In this document: in pieces, positions 62,044 through 64,000 of the stretch
Layout of the letters: each line of letters begins with the position of its first letter
How positions within the stretch are numbered: position 1 is the stretch's first letter
DNA from: Longimicrobiales bacterium
GTDB taxonomy: Bacteria > Gemmatimonadota > Gemmatimonadetes > Longimicrobiales > Gaopeijiaceae
Length of the DNA stretch: 64,000 nucleotides
Direction of reading: 5' to 3'
NCBI GenBank assembly: GCA_963664435.2
Contig: CAXXKM010000001.1
Coordinates: forward strand, 416,001-480,000
Translations under genes and position numbers: made by a program
Notes under the pieces: generated by a model
What the model saw: only the letters and a program-made list of their open reading frames with translations
Databases searched by the model: none
Told to the model about the DNA's origin: nothing

Positions 62044-62133
62044 TCCTTCTCCTCGTGCCATCCTGCATCTCTCTGCCTCGCCCTACTCTAATCTCTTTCT
62101 CCTCTCGTGTCTCGCGCGTGTTGGCAGAGAGGG

Positions 62134-63380
62134 CTGTCCGGGAACGGCTCACAGTCCGTCTGCACCTGCATGGGGCCACGCTCGAAGTCGATCTCGGGAT
62201 TCGGAACGACGAAATTCTTCGAGGTCGGCGCGAAGGTGCGGCGCTGCATCATCAGCAGGACCTTGAGCAGCGCACAGTGGAACGCCGCCGCCTCCATGTG
62301 CCCGAGGTTGCTCTTCACGCTCGACACTCGAAGCGGCACCTCGCGCTCCACGCCGCCGAAGGCTTCCGCAATGGCGTTGCCTTCGATGCGGTCTCCGACC
62401 ACGGTCCCGGTGGCATGCGCCTCGACATAGTCGAAGTCCCCCGGCGCACGCCCTGCCCTGGCGGACGCCGTTCGCATCAACTCTACCTGGGCATGCCGGG
62501 TGGGCGCGGTGATGTAGCGTCCCTGCGCCAGGCCTTCGCTTCCATCCGCGGCGCCTGCCGCGTTGACCGCGGTCGCCTCGATGACTGCGTGGATGGGATC
62601 CCCGTCCCGCTCGGCCGCCTCAAGCGGCTTGAGGGCGAAGATGAAGGCGCCCTCCGAACGAATGTAGCCGTTGGCCTCGGCGTCGAAGGAATGGCATCGG
62701 CCGTCGGGGCTGATGACACCCAGGGCATTGAACGAAGCGCTCAGCCTGGAGGTGCCCAGGTAGTTCACCGACCCGACCAGGGCCTTTTCGCAGTCTCCGG
62801 AACGGAGCGCGGTCATCGCCCCGTGCAGAGCAGTGAGGCTCGCCGAGCAGGCCGTGCAACTGGTGATGGACGGCCCCATCAGGTTGAAATGGTATGAGAT
62901 GCGATTCGCCAGCATGGCAAGACTGATCGTCGTGACGTCAAACGGTCCCGCGCCGTGCATCGGTCTCCAACTGGCTACCGCGGGCACCTGCGCTCCGATG
63001 AAGATGCCGGTGGGGCTGTTGCGTAACGAAAGAAAGTCCCAGCCAACGCGCTCGAAGGTCTCCCAGGAACACGTCAGCAGCATCCTGACCTGGGGATCCA
63101 TCGAGAGCATCTCGTCCTGGGACAAGCCGAAGAGCTTGGGATCGATCAGCTTCTCGCCATCCTCACGGATCAGGCCCTCGTAGGGACTGGCGAAGCGGCC
63201 CGGACCCGAGAAGCGGCCGATGGGCTGGTAGCCCCGGCCGTACCGGTCCATTACGGGCTCTTGAACGATCTCGCGGTTGCTGAGCAGGCGCCAGAAGTCC
63301 GCATCCGTGCGGATCCCACCGGGCATCCGATAGCTGTACCCGACGATGGCAACCGGAAATCCGGGTGAAATGGCGCTCAC
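62134..63380 (-). pseudogene. Type I PKS/FAS 5' segment: ketosynthase domain, IS-interrupted
   Basis: VAIVG...RMPG, MDPQVR, TACSASL (Cys), EAHATGT (His), KSNLGHME (His); GGAGG RBS before GTG 63380. Confidence 0.9.
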
Positions 63381-63519
63381 TCCATCCTCCCGTGCAGCCG
63401 TGGTACGACCGGCTCGACTCAAAAATGTCGTACTTTTACCACAAACTGTCGCAGCGGTGATGTGGGTGCAACGACGAGGGATTGTCCGGAGTCGACCGAA
63501 CGGCCTGACGCAGAGTCGG

Positions 63520-63792
63520 TCAGCCCTCGTCCACCACCCGCTGCATGGTCTCGTCGGCGAGCTCGAACATGCCCGCCAGAATCTGCTTGCGCTTCAGCTT
63601 CAGCTCCTCGATTCGCGCCCAGAGGGCCTGGCGGATCGCCGTGGTGGCGGCGTCGCGCACTTCGGCGGAGAGAGTGGTGTCGTGCCTGAACTCGTATTTC
63701 TCGATCGCGAAATCGGCGATATCCAGAATGTTGTCGCCGACGATGTTGAAGTCGACCGCGCTCTTGACGGTGATCGCTCTATTGTCGCTCAT
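63520..63792 (-). CDS. Small hypothetical helical protein
   Basis: 90 aa, GGAG RBS, normal composition, co-oriented upstream of the PKS. Confidence 0.65.
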   Translation of the reverse strand: MSDNRAITVKSAVDFNIVGDNILDIADFAIEKYEFRHDTTLSAEVRDAATTAIRQALWARIEELKLKRKQILAGMFELADETMQRVVDEG

Positions 63793-63849
63793 CGCTTTGG
63801 TTCTCCGTGAAACGTGAAATGCTCGCGTGCCGATCGTTCGGACGCCAGG

Positions 63850-64000
63850 TCAGGATTCGCCCATTGCCCGAACCGCACCGGCCCGGGATCTGTGTACGTC
63901 GATCAACTGGTCGAACCCGCTGATGGCCACGACCTCCCGGTTCAACTCGGTGAGGGCGCAGAGGGCGAATCTCCCGGCACCGAATCTCCTGGCCAGGATC
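63850..64000 (-). CDS. STAS-domain (anti-anti-sigma-like) protein, C-terminal part
   Basis: Manual translation ...GRFALCALTELNREVVAISGFDQLIDVHRSRAGAVRAMGES*. Confidence 0.65.
   Translation of the reverse strand, partial: ILARRFGAGRFALCALTELNREVVAISGFDQLIDVHRSRAGAVRAMGES

Larger units (their letters stand above)
60540..62133 (-). mobile_element. IS3-family insertion sequence, 1594 bp, flanked by CTG direct repeats
   Basis: Inverted repeats TGCCAAC-N6-GAGACAC at 60547 and ending at 62126; CTG at 60537-60539 and 62134-62136; orfA/orfB; excision restores the PKS frame. Confidence 0.9.

Noticed and set aside
62088..63422. Stand-alone ketosynthase gene
   Set aside because: Its C-terminus is read-through into IS sequence; it is the 5' half of the interrupted PKS

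Overview
GC-rich bacterial chromosome segment. Its gene content (SprA-like barrel, many lipoprotein hydrolases, and a swf-type PKS operon of the kind reported from sponge symbionts) suggests a Gemmatimonadota-like marine symbiont; this is an inference. 1-13 kb: envelope locus, with sprA-comEA-pilT-pilC-psd on the minus strand divergent from lptF-lptG. 13-25 kb: peptide and amino-acid scavenging genes (M20 deacylase, M19 dipeptidase, SSS transporter, proline-racemase family, TRAP dctQM). 25.2-29.4 kb: a small island between convergent dctM and dctP carrying DUF3800, frameshifted HEPN-like and Mrr-like nuclease genes, remnants, and a structured non-coding element (candidate defence hotspot). 30-50 kb: secreted hydrolases, a Tsx-like porin/nuclease pair, a serine protease followed by a free copy of its own prodomain, and a two-component system. 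50.4-63.4 kb: a three-gene operon (mono-modular fully reducing type I PKS, B12 radical SAM enzyme, reductase-sulfotransferase fusion). Its PKS is split inside the KS domain by a 1594-bp IS3-family element with a 3-bp CTG duplication, and removing the element restores the frame exactly. No rRNA, tRNA or CRISPR array was seen. All family calls come from motif recognition by eye, not database searches.
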